DNA from: a virus | Taxonomy: Duplodnaviria > Caudoviricetes | Strand: one strand, 5' to 3' | DNA length: 60,252 bases | Virus record (IMG/VR): IMGVR_UViG_3300021599_001627 | Location: 1 to 60,252 of that record | Shown here: one piece after another, positions 9,201-15,820 of the stretch | Numbering within the stretch: the first letter of the stretch is position 1 | How the letters are laid out: every line of letters starts with the position of its first letter | Program-made: the position numbers and the translations under genes | The notes under the pieces: generated by a model | Seen by the model: only the letters and a program-made list of their open reading frames with translations | The model's database searches: none | What the model was told of the DNA's origin: nothing

Positions 9201-9448
9201 TGGCCCTCCAGCTCGGCGGCGATGGCGAGGAGGTCCTTCTGGCAACGGGCAGCACCCTTCAAGAAACCAATCTCAAAGGGTGTCACTCCTGGGCACTCAC
9301 CATTGGTCACATCAAGCTGCTCAGCAGCAGCGCGGAGGGCGGCGGCGACATTCTCACGAAGATCATCCATTTGCAGCCCTGTGTCCTCGCAATCGCCTAG
9401 GAAGGCATCCAGCACCGCCTGCGCGGCGGGGGAGAGAGGTTTAGTCAT
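9197..9448 (-). CDS. Modular-array protein, family G (MTKPLSPAAQAVLDA...AAALRAAA...LAIAAELE)
   Basis: Paralog of 9819-10058; ATGACTAA stop/start overlap. Confidence 0.75.
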   Translation of the reverse strand: MTKPLSPAAQAVLDAFLGDCEDTGLQMDDLRENVAAALRAAAEQLDVTNGECPGVTPFEIGFLKGAARCQKDLLAIAAELEGQ

Positions 9449-9812
9449 TGAGTTGCTCCAAAGCGCGGCGGATGGTGTCAATGCCCGAATCCATGAGCAC
9501 TATTTCGCCAGAGGTGTACCGCTGCAGAACGTCTAGCGCCTGCTCCTTCAAGCTCGGCGGCTCGGGCTGGGCGTGTTGCCAGCGGCTGTCGGGATGGCTC
9601 AAGATTGCCTCAGCCAACGCAGCAGCGCCTTTGTCGTGGTTGCCGTCAACCCTACGGATGATTGCTGCCAAACGCAGAATGTCATCTACTTCGGGCATTG
9701 GCCCCTGCGGCTCGGGCTGGGCCAGAGCGGCGCGGGCGCGGTCCACCAACTCGGCTGGCGCTACCTCTAGCCAGTCCAGCAACTCAGCGCATAGTGCTCG
9801 AAAGTCAGTCAT
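9441..9812 (-). CDS. Modular-array protein, chimera of MTDFRALCAEL/ARAALAQPEPQGP and PPSLKEQAL/DTIRRALEQL modules
   Basis: N-terminal modules shared with 10055-10375; C-terminal modules shared with 10368-10700 and 11409-11735. Confidence 0.8.
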   Translation of the reverse strand: MTDFRALCAELLDWLEVAPAELVDRARAALAQPEPQGPMPEVDDILRLAAIIRRVDGNHDKGAAALAEAILSHPDSRWQHAQPEPPSLKEQALDVLQRYTSGEIVLMDSGIDTIRRALEQLND

Positions 9813-9814
9813 CG

Positions 9815-9855
9815 GTTTTCAGTGGTAGAGGTTTTCAGTGGTAGAGGTTTTCAGT
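9815..9855. repeat. 16-bp tandem repeat, 2.5 copies (gttttcagtggtagag)
   Basis: Exact copies at 9815 and 9831; partial copy at 9847. Confidence 0.9.
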
Positions 9856-10058
9856 TCGGCGGCAATAGCGAGGATGCCTGCTCGCGTGATCTCGCGCTGC
9901 ACCGCAGCAGCGTTATCTGGCGGCCCAAACCGGTTTTCCGGCACCACCTGATCCGCAGCGGCGCGCAGGGCTGCTGCCATTGCATCGACATCCGCTGGCT
10001 CGAAGTCGCCGTAGGCGTCCAGAATTGCCTGCGCGGCGGGGGAGAAAGGTTTAGTCAT
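9819..10058 (-). CDS. Modular-array protein, family G
   Basis: MTKPFSPAAQAILDA...AAALRAAADQV...LAIAAEL. Confidence 0.75.
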   Translation of the reverse strand: MTKPFSPAAQAILDAYGDFEPADVDAMAAALRAAADQVVPENRFGPPDNAAAVQREITRAGILAIAAELKTSTTENLYH

Positions 10059-10375
10059 TGATTCCCCCATCGGGCTAAGACGGCGCGGGCGTACTCCAGT
10101 GCTGAGTGGTTTAAGCAGACACGAAAGATGCCAGGTTTGACCTGGCCGCCAGTCGCATCACTGCAGACCTTGGCCGCATAGCTGAACTCATCCCGCATCG
10201 TTTCGGGCATCAGCTCCAGTAACTCCTCATCCGTCGGCCCCTGCGGCTCGGGCTGGGCCAGAGCGGCGCGGGCATCGGCGGTGCAGATTTCAAAAAGACT
10301 CTTATGCCGCAAGGGCCAGTTGGCTTTTTCCAAGCAGTCAACCAGCTCAGCGCAAAGTGTTCGGAAGTCAGTCAT
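10055..10375 (-). CDS. Modular-array protein (MTDFRTLCAEL...ARAALAQPEPQGPTDEEL...ARAVLARWG)
   Basis: ATGACTGA overlap with the upstream gene; shared modules. Confidence 0.8.
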   Translation of the reverse strand: MTDFRTLCAELVDCLEKANWPLRHKSLFEICTADARAALAQPEPQGPTDEELLELMPETMRDEFSYAAKVCSDATGGQVKPGIFRVCLNHSALEYARAVLARWGNQ

Positions 10376-10700
10376 CAATTTGCTCCAGGGCGCGGCGGAT
10401 GGTGTCACGGTCGCCCTCATTGCCGAATGAATCAACTGCATCCAGAGCATTCAGCGCCTGCTCCTTCAAGCTCGGCGGCCTAGGGCGGCGGCCTTTATGC
10501 AGCAATGAAGCAAGACGTTCGCCTTCGCAAGTGTCCCAGCCAATCAGCCACTCGCAGCACGCCTCCAGCTCCTGGTCGGCGCTCCATTGGGCGGCGTGGT
10601 GGGCAACGTACTCAGTGACAGTGCAGTAGTCCTGATGGCGGCCTTCTGTGTCCCACTGCTGCATCAGCTCCGGCGGTGGGGTGATTGGGTGGTCAGTCAT
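10368..10700 (-). CDS. Modular-array protein (ITPPPEL..QW / AAQW.AD.ELEACCE / PPSLKEQAL / DTIRRALEQ)
   Basis: Paralogous to 10888-11244 and 11409-11735. Confidence 0.8.
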   Translation of the reverse strand: MTDHPITPPPELMQQWDTEGRHQDYCTVTEYVAHHAAQWSADQELEACCEWLIGWDTCEGERLASLLHKGRRPRPPSLKEQALNALDAVDSFGNEGDRDTIRRALEQIDD

Positions 10701-10891
10701 TGATAGATCTCCATCGCTTGGTCGATTAGATCATCGAGTTGTTCTATACCGTGAAAGCCTGTTCCATTTACAGCCAAGCGGTGAGACGGATGGTATTCTT
10801 CACCGGTTTCACGGATCCACTTGACACCCTCTGTACTAAGTACGAGATTCTTCTGTCGTTTAATCCATTGGTAGCGGTCTGCATCAGTCAT
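10697..10891 (-). CDS. Hypothetical protein (MTDADRYQWIKRQ...)
   Basis: ATGA overlaps on both sides. Confidence 0.7.
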   Translation of the reverse strand: MTDADRYQWIKRQKNLVLSTEGVKWIRETGEEYHPSHRLAVNGTGFHGIEQLDDLIDQAMEIYQ

Positions 10892-11244
10892 TCAGGTAGC
10901 GCCTCCAGTGCGCGGCGGATGGTGTCGTAAGCAATGTCGTCAATTTTGTCTTGGTTGTAAACGTCACCAAGCTTGATCAATGCCTGCTTCTTCAGGCTTA
11001 ACGACTTGGGGCGCATCGCTTCTTTCAATGATTCACCTACTGGAGTGATCCTTAGATGCGGCTCATTCAAGGCATTATGATCTAGCCATTTTGCATCTTC
11101 CTCAAGTTGCTGATCAGCACCCCATTGGGAGGCGCAATGGGCGATATGTAATTCATAAAGCCAATCGCGGTCTTCGTAGGCTTTTTCGGAAGCCCATTGC
11201 TCTACCAATTCGCGAGGTGGGACAATGGAATGGCAATCAGTCAT
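10888..11244 (-). CDS. Modular-array protein, divergent lower-GC paralog
   Basis: IVPPRELVEQW / ASQWGADQQLE / SLKKQAL / DTIRRALEALPE. Confidence 0.8.
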   Translation of the reverse strand: MTDCHSIVPPRELVEQWASEKAYEDRDWLYELHIAHCASQWGADQQLEEDAKWLDHNALNEPHLRITPVGESLKEAMRPKSLSLKKQALIKLGDVYNQDKIDDIAYDTIRRALEALPE

Positions 11245-11416
11245 CATTCAGATCCTCCGATTTGTAAGGCGGCCTGAGCTGGCCGTGTTCATCGGTGAAG
11301 CCGGCTTCGTACTAGGCCAGATGCGTTAGCACCTTGGCAATGCCATGGCGAACGCTTTGGCCCTCCTCGAACTCGTCAATCAGGCGTTGGGCGCGGGAGG
11401 TGAGGTGGTCAGTCAT
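11237..11416 (-). pseudogene. Array gene interrupted by an in-frame TAG (11312-11314)
   Basis: MTDHLTSRAQRLIDEFEEGQSVRHGIAKVLTHLA*YEAGFTDEHGQLRPPYKSEDLNDD*; both ends carry the array's ATGACTGA junction. Confidence 0.65.
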
Positions 11417-11735
11417 TGAGTTGCTCCAAGGCGCGGCGGACGACATCCAGATCACTGATGTCCCAGGCTTTCTTGTTGCCTTGGATCAGATCAATCAGGG
11501 CAAGGCTTTGCTCCTTCAAGCTCGGCGGCTTGGGGCGGCGAATCGTACGGAGATCTGTTGCAACATGTTTGCCGTCGCAAATCAATTCACGGGCAAGCAC
11601 CTCACAGCACGCCTCCAGCTCAGTGTCTGCGCCCCATTGGGCGGCGCGGGTGGCGATGTGCCCTGCCGTGAGGCCATCTTCCTCATTGATCCACTGCTGC
11701 ACCAGCTCCGGCGGTGGGGTGATGGCGTCGGTCAT
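11409..11735 (-). CDS. Modular-array protein
   Basis: ITPPPELVQQW / AAQWGADTELEACCE / RRPKPPSLKEQ / RRALEQLND. Confidence 0.8.
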   Translation of the reverse strand: MTDAITPPPELVQQWINEEDGLTAGHIATRAAQWGADTELEACCEVLARELICDGKHVATDLRTIRRPKPPSLKEQSLALIDLIQGNKKAWDISDLDVVRRALEQLND

Positions 11736-12013
11736 TCTTCAACCTCATAGCGCTTGCCGATGGCAGTAGCCCAAGCCACCAGATCACTGGCGCGGACGAG
11801 CTGCACTCCATCTTCAGGGCCATCAGCAACACGCCAGTGGCATGAAGCAGTGTCCCTGAGAGCGCACTCAATGGCAGCCTTGGCGCCCCAGGTTGCAGCC
11901 TTAGCGGCGATGTAGAGGGTCTTGTCGCAATGGGCAGCGCCGTTGGTGTCCCATTCGGCTTCCCATTGGCGGATCACTTCAGCGGGTGGAGAGATGAGTC
12001 GTTGATCAGTCAT
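11732..12013 (-). CDS. Modular-array protein (ISPPAEVIRQW / AATWGA)
   Basis: Start MTDQRLI at 12013 via ATGACTGA overlap. Confidence 0.7.
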   Translation of the reverse strand: MTDQRLISPPAEVIRQWEAEWDTNGAAHCDKTLYIAAKAATWGAKAAIECALRDTASCHWRVADGPEDGVQLVRASDLVAWATAIGKRYEVEE

Positions 12014-12188
12014 CTTCGTTGGGCAGGATTTCAAGAAGGGATGTGATGCAGTGTCCCGTGGTGTTTTCAGCGCCAAGGCAGTAGCGCTCTGCTTCGCGCA
12101 GTGCCATGCGCAGCCGCTCCACAACGGGCCACGGATCGCGCAGTTCGGTGGAGAAGTCTTGGAATGGTGCTGGGTGAAAGCTAGTCAT
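12006..12188 (-). CDS. Hypothetical protein (60 aa)
   Basis: Coupled stop/start overlaps on both sides. Confidence 0.65.
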   Translation of the reverse strand: MTSFHPAPFQDFSTELRDPWPVVERLRMALREAERYCLGAENTTGHCITSLLEILPNEDD

Positions 12189-12601
12189 TGGTTGGCTTGG
12201 TCGTAAAGAGCGTTGACGACGATGCCACGATCGCCGGGGTACAGATCTAAGGGTTCTTCGTTAAGCCACAAGGCCATCTCACGGATTGCGGCTCGGGCTT
12301 CAGATGCCCAGTTGACGGCTTCCTCGTCCCGTTCCAGGCCGTACTCAATCCCGCTGATGGCAAGCGCCACCCGCTCCACCAGCGAACTCCTAATTTGGCT
12401 TTGATTAGGAGTTGGCTTGGAGTTGGCCTCCGCCAGAGTGCAGTAGCTGGTGCCCTCGCTGCTGGTGACGATGTGCGGGCAGGTGGCGTTGGCCTCCAGC
12501 GCCTCGACCTTGGCGCGGAGTTCGAGGAGGCAAGCGCGAGTGTCGGAAGCAAACGCTCCGGCATCAGCCCACTGCTCAGGCGTTGCTCGGTAGTCAGGCA
12601 T
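12185..12601 (-). CDS. Hypothetical protein (ATPEQW...CLLELRAKVEALE...SLVERVA...EARAAIRE)
   Basis: 138-aa ORF with coupled overlaps. Confidence 0.75.
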   Translation of the reverse strand: MPDYRATPEQWADAGAFASDTRACLLELRAKVEALEANATCPHIVTSSEGTSYCTLAEANSKPTPNQSQIRSSLVERVALAISGIEYGLERDEEAVNWASEARAAIREMALWLNEEPLDLYPGDRGIVVNALYDQANQ

Positions 12602-12815
12602 GTCTGACCACCCCCGGCAGGTTCCTAAAGTCTTCTCGTGTCATGGTCAGCGATGAGATCACGTTGACCAAGCGCTCACGTTCTTGCGTGGCACCCCATT
12701 CAGAGGCCAAGCGGGCCAGCTCGTAAGCGGCGAGTTCCGGCTTGTCATCACAGCCGAAGAGCTGAGAGCACCACTGCTGCACCAGCTCCGGTGGTGGGGT
12801 GATGGGATCAGTCAT
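12594..12815 (-). CDS. Modular-array protein (MTDPITPPPELVQQW / ASEWGA)
   Basis: Shares a ~33-bp DNA box with 11691-11723. Confidence 0.75.
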   Translation of the reverse strand: MTDPITPPPELVQQWCSQLFGCDDKPELAAYELARLASEWGATQERERLVNVISSLTMTREDFRNLPGVVRHA

Positions 12816-12889
12816 GACGTTCCTTTCACGTAGAGAATGCCCAATGCGACTGACCAAGCAATCATTAGAACCAGTGTTGTTGTACTCAT
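12812..12889 (-). CDS. Small single-TM peptide (25 aa)
   Basis: MSTTTLVLMIAWSVALGILYVKGTS; ATGA overlaps on both sides. Confidence 0.5.
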   Translation of the reverse strand: MSTTTLVLMIAWSVALGILYVKGTS

Positions 12890-13137
12890 GATGTGACAAG
12901 TGATGCGAAGTAATCCCGAAATAGCGACCAATTCACACGTACGATGCGACCCTGCCAGCGCACTGTTCCTTTCGGAGCGACGATCTCGGTGTGCTGGATG
13001 GTCTGGAAGTGCGATCCGCAGCTCGGACAGTCCCGGCGGCGCCAAAAGTGGCCCTCGGGGGTGCGGTTGGTCCGGTTCACGTCGGTTGTCAGGCAGCCGC
13101 ACTCGGGGCAGGGCGGGCCTTGGCGGTTAATCCCCAT
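12886..13137 (-). CDS. NrdR-like zinc-ribbon protein lacking the ATP-cone
   Basis: CPECG..T.V..T......WRRRDCPSCGSHFQTIQ matches the NrdR N-terminal pattern. Confidence 0.7.
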   Translation of the reverse strand: MGINRQGPPCPECGCLTTDVNRTNRTPEGHFWRRRDCPSCGSHFQTIQHTEIVAPKGTVRWQGRIVRVNWSLFRDYFASLVTS

Positions 13138-13247
13138 CAGTCCAGCCAGGAGTCGGAGGCATCGGAGCTAACCGGCGTGCGGGCCCAGCGGGCGGTGGCG
13201 CCGAGGGCGAGGCCCAGGACGATGGCGAGCAAGGCGTAGCGCTTCAT
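13137..13247 (-). CDS. Small membrane or secreted peptide
   Basis: MKRYALLAIVLGLALGATARW...; coupled overlaps. Confidence 0.5.
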   Translation of the reverse strand: MKRYALLAIVLGLALGATARWARTPVSSDASDSWLD

Positions 13248-13414
13248 GAGGTCGTGGTGGAGGTAAAGGCGCGGAGGAGCTGGGCTTTGCGCTCGTCGAT
13301 CAGGTGGGCCGACGAGACGATGGAGCAAGGGCCGCCCTCGGGGAGGCAGATGCGGTAACAGTCGTGGCCGTGGCGGTCGACGTAGTACTCGACGCTGATG
13401 TCGTCGGGGCTCAT
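13244..13414 (-). CDS. Hypothetical protein
   Basis: MSPDDISVEYYVDRHGHDCYRICL...IVSSAHLI; ATGA overlap. Confidence 0.6.
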   Translation of the reverse strand: MSPDDISVEYYVDRHGHDCYRICLPEGGPCSIVSSAHLIDERKAQLLRAFTSTTTS

Positions 13415-13746
13415 GGCCGCGGGCCAACGCACAGGGCGCGGCGAGAGCGGATGCGGAAGAAGTCGCGCAGCTCCGGTTCGTTCGCCATCAGCAGTCGGGC
13501 GTAGAGCGCGGAGTAGTTGTTGTTCATCTTCCATTCCGCGCACTTGTCCGTTGTCTGCAGGGCACGGTGGAACCGCACGACCTCGAACAGGGCTTTGATG
13601 CCGTAGTGGGTGCGGCCCTTGCGGCGAAAGTGCAGGGCGTGGTCCCGCAGCTCGGTGTAGACCCGCGGGTTGGCGACGTGGAACGCCCAGAAGTCACGTT
13701 CGATCCGGTCGGGCTCGTGGAGCGGAGGAGTGGCTGTGTGGGTCAT
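13411..13746 (-). CDS. Conserved phage hypothetical protein
   Basis: FWAFHVANPRVY...FEVVRF...KMNNNYSALYAR...P.L.DFF..R. Confidence 0.75.
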   Translation of the reverse strand: MTHTATPPLHEPDRIERDFWAFHVANPRVYTELRDHALHFRRKGRTHYGIKALFEVVRFHRALQTTDKCAEWKMNNNYSALYARLLMANEPELRDFFRIRSRRALCVGPRP

Positions 13747-13910
13747 GCGACGTCGGGGTACTTCAGCGCAAGACCCGTGTACAGGCCACGGTTTTCGTGG
13801 TCGATGTGGTCCCGGCCATCCAGCACGTAGAGGCGGTCGAGGCGCTCCTGGCGGGCCTGCTGCGCAACAGGGTCACAAGGCAGTTCGTTCAGGTGAGGGG
13901 TGAGGGTCAT
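13743..13910 (-). CDS. Hypothetical protein (55 aa)
   Basis: Translated by hand: MTLTPHLNELPCDPVAQQARQERLDRLYVLDGRDHIDHENRGLYTGLALKYPDVA. Confidence 0.65.
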   Translation of the reverse strand: MTLTPHLNELPCDPVAQQARQERLDRLYVLDGRDHIDHENRGLYTGLALKYPDVA

Positions 13911-13969
13911 CTCAGGCAGGAAAAGGACAGCAGTTTGTAGTTAGTGAAGACTACAACGGTTGTAAATGC

Positions 13970-14218
13970 TTATTGGCGTAGCAACCGTTTCAGTCGGCGC
14001 TGGAATGCCTTGGAGCGAGCGCGGTCGTAACTCGTCAGGTGCCACTGATAGCACCATGGGCAGGAGTATGCAGTTTCTGCATAACCGCGACGCCGAGTGA
14101 AGGCAACCGCCTCGGCACGGCTGCAGTACGCAGCTTTGGTGCTGCACATTGCTTGCGCACGCTGCAGAAAATCCGCGTCCGATAGGTCCAGTGGGTTGGT
14201 GTGGACGGTCGTACTCAT
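13970..14218 (-). CDS. Small putative Zn-binding protein
   Basis: C.TK.AY.SR.EA...YSCPWC..WHLTS. Confidence 0.7.
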   Translation of the reverse strand: MSTTVHTNPLDLSDADFLQRAQAMCSTKAAYCSRAEAVAFTRRRGYAETAYSCPWCYQWHLTSYDRARSKAFQRRLKRLLRQ

Positions 14219-14397
14219 GCGTCCTCGGCGGAGAGCAGCTGCTCCAGGCGGTCGGAGTCGCTGCGCAGGGCCTGGGTAGAGCGGCCGGCGCGGTCAACGG
14301 CGGTGGCGGTGTCGCCCACGGCGCCGAGAAGGGTGCCAGCCACGGGGGCCAGCTCCTGGCAGTAGGTGGCCAGTGAAGTCCAGAACGAAGCAGCCAT
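14215..14397 (-). CDS. Hypothetical protein
   Basis: ORF track; ATGA overlap. Confidence 0.55.
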   Translation of the reverse strand: MAASFWTSLATYCQELAPVAGTLLGAVGDTATAVDRAGRSTQALRSDSDRLEQLLSAEDA

Positions 14398-14442
14398 GGT
14401 GGGTGAGAACGAGAGGTGTGGATGAGAAAAGCGAAGCGGAGC

Positions 14443-14700
14443 TCAGTCAAGCGTTACTTCGACAATGCGGAGGCCCGGCCAGCCGAGCTCGGCCATCAGG
14501 TGGCCTCGGCGGGCCGCGGTGCTGAAGTCCACGAAGTGGACGGCGTCGCGGTAATCAGGCACGACGGCTACCGGCGGGCCGCTCACACCGGTGCAGGCAG
14601 CAAGGAATCCGTCGTCAGCACGCAGCGTGAAGCGACGGCGAGGAGAACGTGCCGGCCGGTACAAAGCGATTGGTGGAGCCGTTGTTGCGGAGATTGGCAT
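14443..14700 (-). CDS. Hypothetical protein
   Basis: ORF track; operon orientation. Confidence 0.55.
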   Translation of the reverse strand: MPISATTAPPIALYRPARSPRRRFTLRADDGFLAACTGVSGPPVAVVPDYRDAVHFVDFSTAARRGHLMAELGWPGLRIVEVTLD

Positions 14701-14806
14701 TGGCTTTCAGGATTTCGGCTTGGGTGGCAAACGTGCTGTACAGCGCGATGCCGGTGTCGATTTGCATGAACTCGTACGCAGCAAAGCCAGCCATGGCGTA
14801 ATCCAT
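14615..14806 (-). CDS. Hypothetical protein
   Basis: MDYAMAGFAAYEF...ATQAEILKANANL; overlaps the downstream ORF. Confidence 0.45.
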   Translation of the reverse strand: MDYAMAGFAAYEFMQIDTGIALYSTFATQAEILKANANLRNNGSTNRFVPAGTFSSPSLHAAC

Positions 14807-14916
14807 GAGCAACAGGGGGGTATTGGTTGTGCGGAGCACGACCTGCCCTGGTTGGCGGTCTCGGCTCACCTGATCCAGTGTGTCGGGGTGGGTGAGCCGA
14901 GGGAAGGGCCCGATCC

Positions 14917-15324
14917 TTAAGAATCGCCAGGCCCGTGGATGCTGTAGCGACCGGCCTCGGGGGCGTCGGCGGGGACGCCTGGGTTCTCGCCGATGGCGGC
15001 GAGGAGGTGGTTCTGGTACTGGTCCATGCGGGTGAAATGAGCGACGGCGTGGATCCAGTCCGTGTCGAGCTCGTCTTCGGTTTCGATGCGGTTGTACACC
15101 GCTTCGAGCGCTGCTGAGCTCAGGGACTGCCAGGTGTTGACGAGAGTCGACAGCATCTGGGCGAAGGCCGTGTCGGTCAGTTCCCCTTTCAGGAGCTCGG
15201 CGTGGACCAGGCGCACGAGGCGTTGGTCGCGGGCGCTGAGCTCGTCGTACTCGTCGTGGAGAATCGTCAGGGTCGATTCGCTCGACCCCTCGATCAGGGC
15301 TTGCGGGGTGTCAGGGATGGCCAT
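14917..15324 (-). CDS. Hypothetical acidic helical protein
   Basis: 135-aa ORF in operon orientation. Confidence 0.7.
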   Translation of the reverse strand: MAIPDTPQALIEGSSESTLTILHDEYDELSARDQRLVRLVHAELLKGELTDTAFAQMLSTLVNTWQSLSSAALEAVYNRIETEDELDTDWIHAVAHFTRMDQYQNHLLAAIGENPGVPADAPEAGRYSIHGPGDS

Positions 15325-15389
15325 TTGGGCCGGGCGTGGGAAACTGGGAGGGCATGGTCGGTTGACTCACAGCGCCGGTCGTGTGGATG

Positions 15390-15422
15390 AGCGCGCCGGG
15401 CCTGAGAAACCCGGCGCTTTTT
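15390..15422 (+). terminator. GC hairpin plus T-tract (plus-strand/antisense terminator)
   Basis: gcgccggg-cctgagaaa-cccggcgc-ttttt. Confidence 0.55.
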
Positions 15423-15427
15423 GTTGC

Positions 15428-15724
15428 TCACGCCTTGCGGATCCGGTACGTCGCGACCTGGGCGCCCGCGGCATCCATCTCCTGTACTGACAACAGGCCA
15501 CGGTTGAAGCGGTCTCGGTCGTCACGGTCGAGCCGGGGCAGGGTCACCTCAGACAAGCAGTCGGCATAAGCCGCCAACCAGTACGGCAGGTGGCCGTAGA
15601 CGTGGCGGTGCAGGATGTCGTCGGGACGGACGTATTCGAGACATTCGCCGTTGATACCTTTCTCTTTAAGCCACGCCAGGATTGATTCGTTCGTGAAGGT
15701 GATGATCGGAGCGGTCTCGGGCAT
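15428..15724 (-). CDS. Csx16 (VVA1548)-like protein; candidate cyclic-oligoadenylate ring nuclease or binder
   Basis: WLKEKGI...PDDI...VYGHLPYWLAA...RGLLSVQEMDAAGAQVATYRI follows the Csx16 pattern (V.G.LP..LAA; LS.EEM...GA.L..Y.V), recalled from memory. Confidence 0.65.
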   Translation of the reverse strand: MPETAPIITFTNESILAWLKEKGINGECLEYVRPDDILHRHVYGHLPYWLAAYADCLSEVTLPRLDRDDRDRFNRGLLSVQEMDAAGAQVATYRIRKA

Positions 15725-15820
15725 AGCTGAGGTTGTGTAAGTCGGATTGTCTGTTCCAGACTGCCGACGGTGGGCAGAGGGCGAGAGAGGCTGGTCTTAC
15801 GGCGATGCCCGCCAGCGGGG

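Noticed and set aside
11312-11314. Genome-wide TAG reassignment
   Set aside because: A single case. Long genes are uninterrupted in code 11, TAG serves as a normal stop (e.g. 8226), and no suppressor tRNA was seen.
9197-12815. Diversity-generating retroelement behind the repeated modules
   Set aside because: No reverse transcriptase in the window, and I saw no TR/VR pair differing only at adenines.
13935-13965. NtcA-like site (GTAG...CTAC palindrome); similar CTAC/GTAG palindromes at 29002-29015
   Set aside because: Spacing is not GTA-N8-TAC and the copies are inconsistent; too weak to call an operator.
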